Shown in pieces: positions 62,109-64,000 of a DNA stretch of 64,000 bases. Each line of letters opens with the position of its first letter. Within the stretch, counting starts at the first letter, position 1. The stretch covers positions 15,437,360-15,501,359 of the forward strand of contig NC_043019.1 in the NCBI RefSeq assembly GCF_006345805.1, read 5' to 3'. Source of the stretch: Octopus sinensis (Eukaryota). The notes under the pieces are model-generated. The model ran no database searches, had not been told where the DNA came from, and saw only the letters and a program-made list of their open reading frames with translations. A program made the translations under genes and the position numbers.

Positions 62109-63601
62109 CTATCAACATTAATTGAAACAAAGAAAGTGCATTTCAACAGAAATATGGTAACAAAAGGATTAATTTTTAACCATTCTCAAAAGTTAATAAA
62201 TTAGCTATGTATGAACCAAAGAGGGAGCCTTTATATAGTCATTTAACCTACTAGAAACAGCAACCAAATATCTAAAACTGTCTTAGGAAAAGCTGTTACA
62301 CTGGAGACCGTTGCCCAGGGAAAATGATGGAATGGTCAATTCTGGTGGGTTAAATCTAAACGAGAGCTAAAAAATAATTATTACCACCACCAGAAGTAAT
62401 AGAACAGTCGGTGGTTTATATCCTGTCATCAGCTGTCAAGACAAATTGTCAGTCATTCCAGAATCTATCTAACTCGTGACATTCTGCACAGTAGTTCGCC
62501 ATTGCACTGTTCTATGCAGATCACTGCTGCAGTGTAAAAACCGATCCCTGATGAAAGAAGTTCCAGCCATGACCATTCCAACCCTTATCTCAAACTGTGT
62601 TTAGATCTACATTATCCAATGTTGCCCTCATCATGTATAAGAAAAGGGATGGGATCACCACAACTAGAATGTCTTTATGCAACCTTATTGTTTACCCTTA
62701 AGTCAACCTTCATTGAGTAGGCCTGTAATCAAAGTCATTCTAACCATGACTACCCCATCTTTGAAAACAAGAAAAGGTCAGCATCAGAAAAGGCACTCAA
62801 ATGTAAAACAATGCCTCAATATCATCCACTTCACCCAAGCTAGCATGGCAAAATGGATGTGAAACAAGGAAAAGATAGCATCTATATATGTATGTATGTC
62901 AGTATGTCAATGCAACAAAGAACTATTATAAAAAGCTAACCACAAGGAATTGAAAATAGAGTGTGACTAAGCAATGTAATAAGGCAAAAACTTGATACAT
63001 ATATTAGTGGAAAAATTAATAAAAATACACCAGAAGTATATTCCTTTGGTAGTTCATATCCGCACCCAATCCTTGACCTATTAACATATGCACACACACA
63101 AATTCAGTCTCCAAATTATACTTCACCCTATTGAAAGAAACCCACTCAAAACTACACTTCCAATTACAAAGTCATCTCAATTACAATTTCCCATTAAAAT
63201 CTCTCATGTAAATTAATGTTCCAAACATTAGCTTAATAATGACAAAGTTATTCTATTGTATCTTCATTATATTTTTTTTTTATTAATCAAAATACAAAGG
63301 GTTAAAACCTTTCACTGAACTGATGTTGTAGTGGAATACATTTGCCTAAGGTGCTGTGCACTGGGGTCAAATGCAGAACCAGGTGTTTACTTGAGTGCGC
63401 ACACGGTAGTGTGGTTAAGAAGTCCTCTATGCAATGTGCATTTTAAATATCACAACATAACTATCATATATCATAGAACACAATAGATCTTTTGTCAAGA
63501 AGGCCAAACAAAGACATACCCTAATTGTCACAGGAAAAGAGGCAAAGAAGATTAATGACTTTAACAATGAAAACATTTTCTAATAACTCCATCATGTACA
63601 A

Positions 63602-63816
63602 CCCTTTAACATTTAAACCAGCCATATCTGGCCTAGATATATTCAACACATTTTTTACCCAAACCAGCTAGATCTGGCATCTCACACCTACCCTACAATA
63701 TTCTAAATACAATCACCTCATCAAAATCTCAAAGTTACAAGATAATGCAGGATTAATTTAAAACAATGTGAATGAACAAGTATTAGATTAAACAAAAAAA
63801 TCTGAATGCTAAAATG
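63602..63816. mobile_element. decayed piggyBac-like MITE family 2
   Basis: CCCTTTAACATTTAAACC...AATGCTAAAATG|TTAA; reverse-oriented relative of 22640..22860. Confidence 0.6.
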
Positions 63817-64000
63817 TTAACATTAGATACATTTCTCATCTCTGGACATTTTACATTTTTTTTCCATCCTTGGACAAGTTTTTCCCAGCATGTCATCTTA
63901 ACACTTGTAGAACATTATCTTTATGAAGCTCGTATTTAGATTAGCTCCCATAGCTTTTCCCCAAGCCTTCCTCTTCTACAGGTTTCTACCACTTAGATCA

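Overview
Eukaryotic, AT-rich, microsatellite- and SINE-dense animal DNA. The repeat families and gene style suggest a coleoid cephalopod such as Octopus; this is inferred, not database-checked. Two protein-coding genes can be rebuilt from splice sites and reading frames. (1) A + strand alpha-arrestin (ARRDC-like) gene has 7 coding exons from 6233 to 26545, with all intron phases consistent: 1761 nt, 586 aa. (2) The last two coding exons of a - strand Rac GTPase lie at 58707..58645 and 55569..55279; its earlier exons are beyond the window. The rest is mainly tRNA-derived SINEs, RTE and CR1 LINE 3' ends, TTAA-flanked MITEs, a decayed Tc1/mariner, an internally deleted mariner, a Helitron Rep fragment, Penelope-like remnants and simple repeats. 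Most ORF-track entries are microsatellite artefacts. The most notable unexplained structures are: a loopless ~420-bp palindrome (31361..31780); an 85-nt perfect hairpin and two other loci carrying partial hammerhead-ribozyme cores; an 87-nt 'mirror' intron that is GT-AG on both strands (30845..30933); a CpG/palindrome-rich candidate first exon at 42.4 kb that may start an unannotated + strand transcript; and a 246-bp copy of Rac downstream sequence pasted into Rac's own last intron. No prokaryotic systems, CRISPR arrays or intact tRNA/rRNA genes were found.
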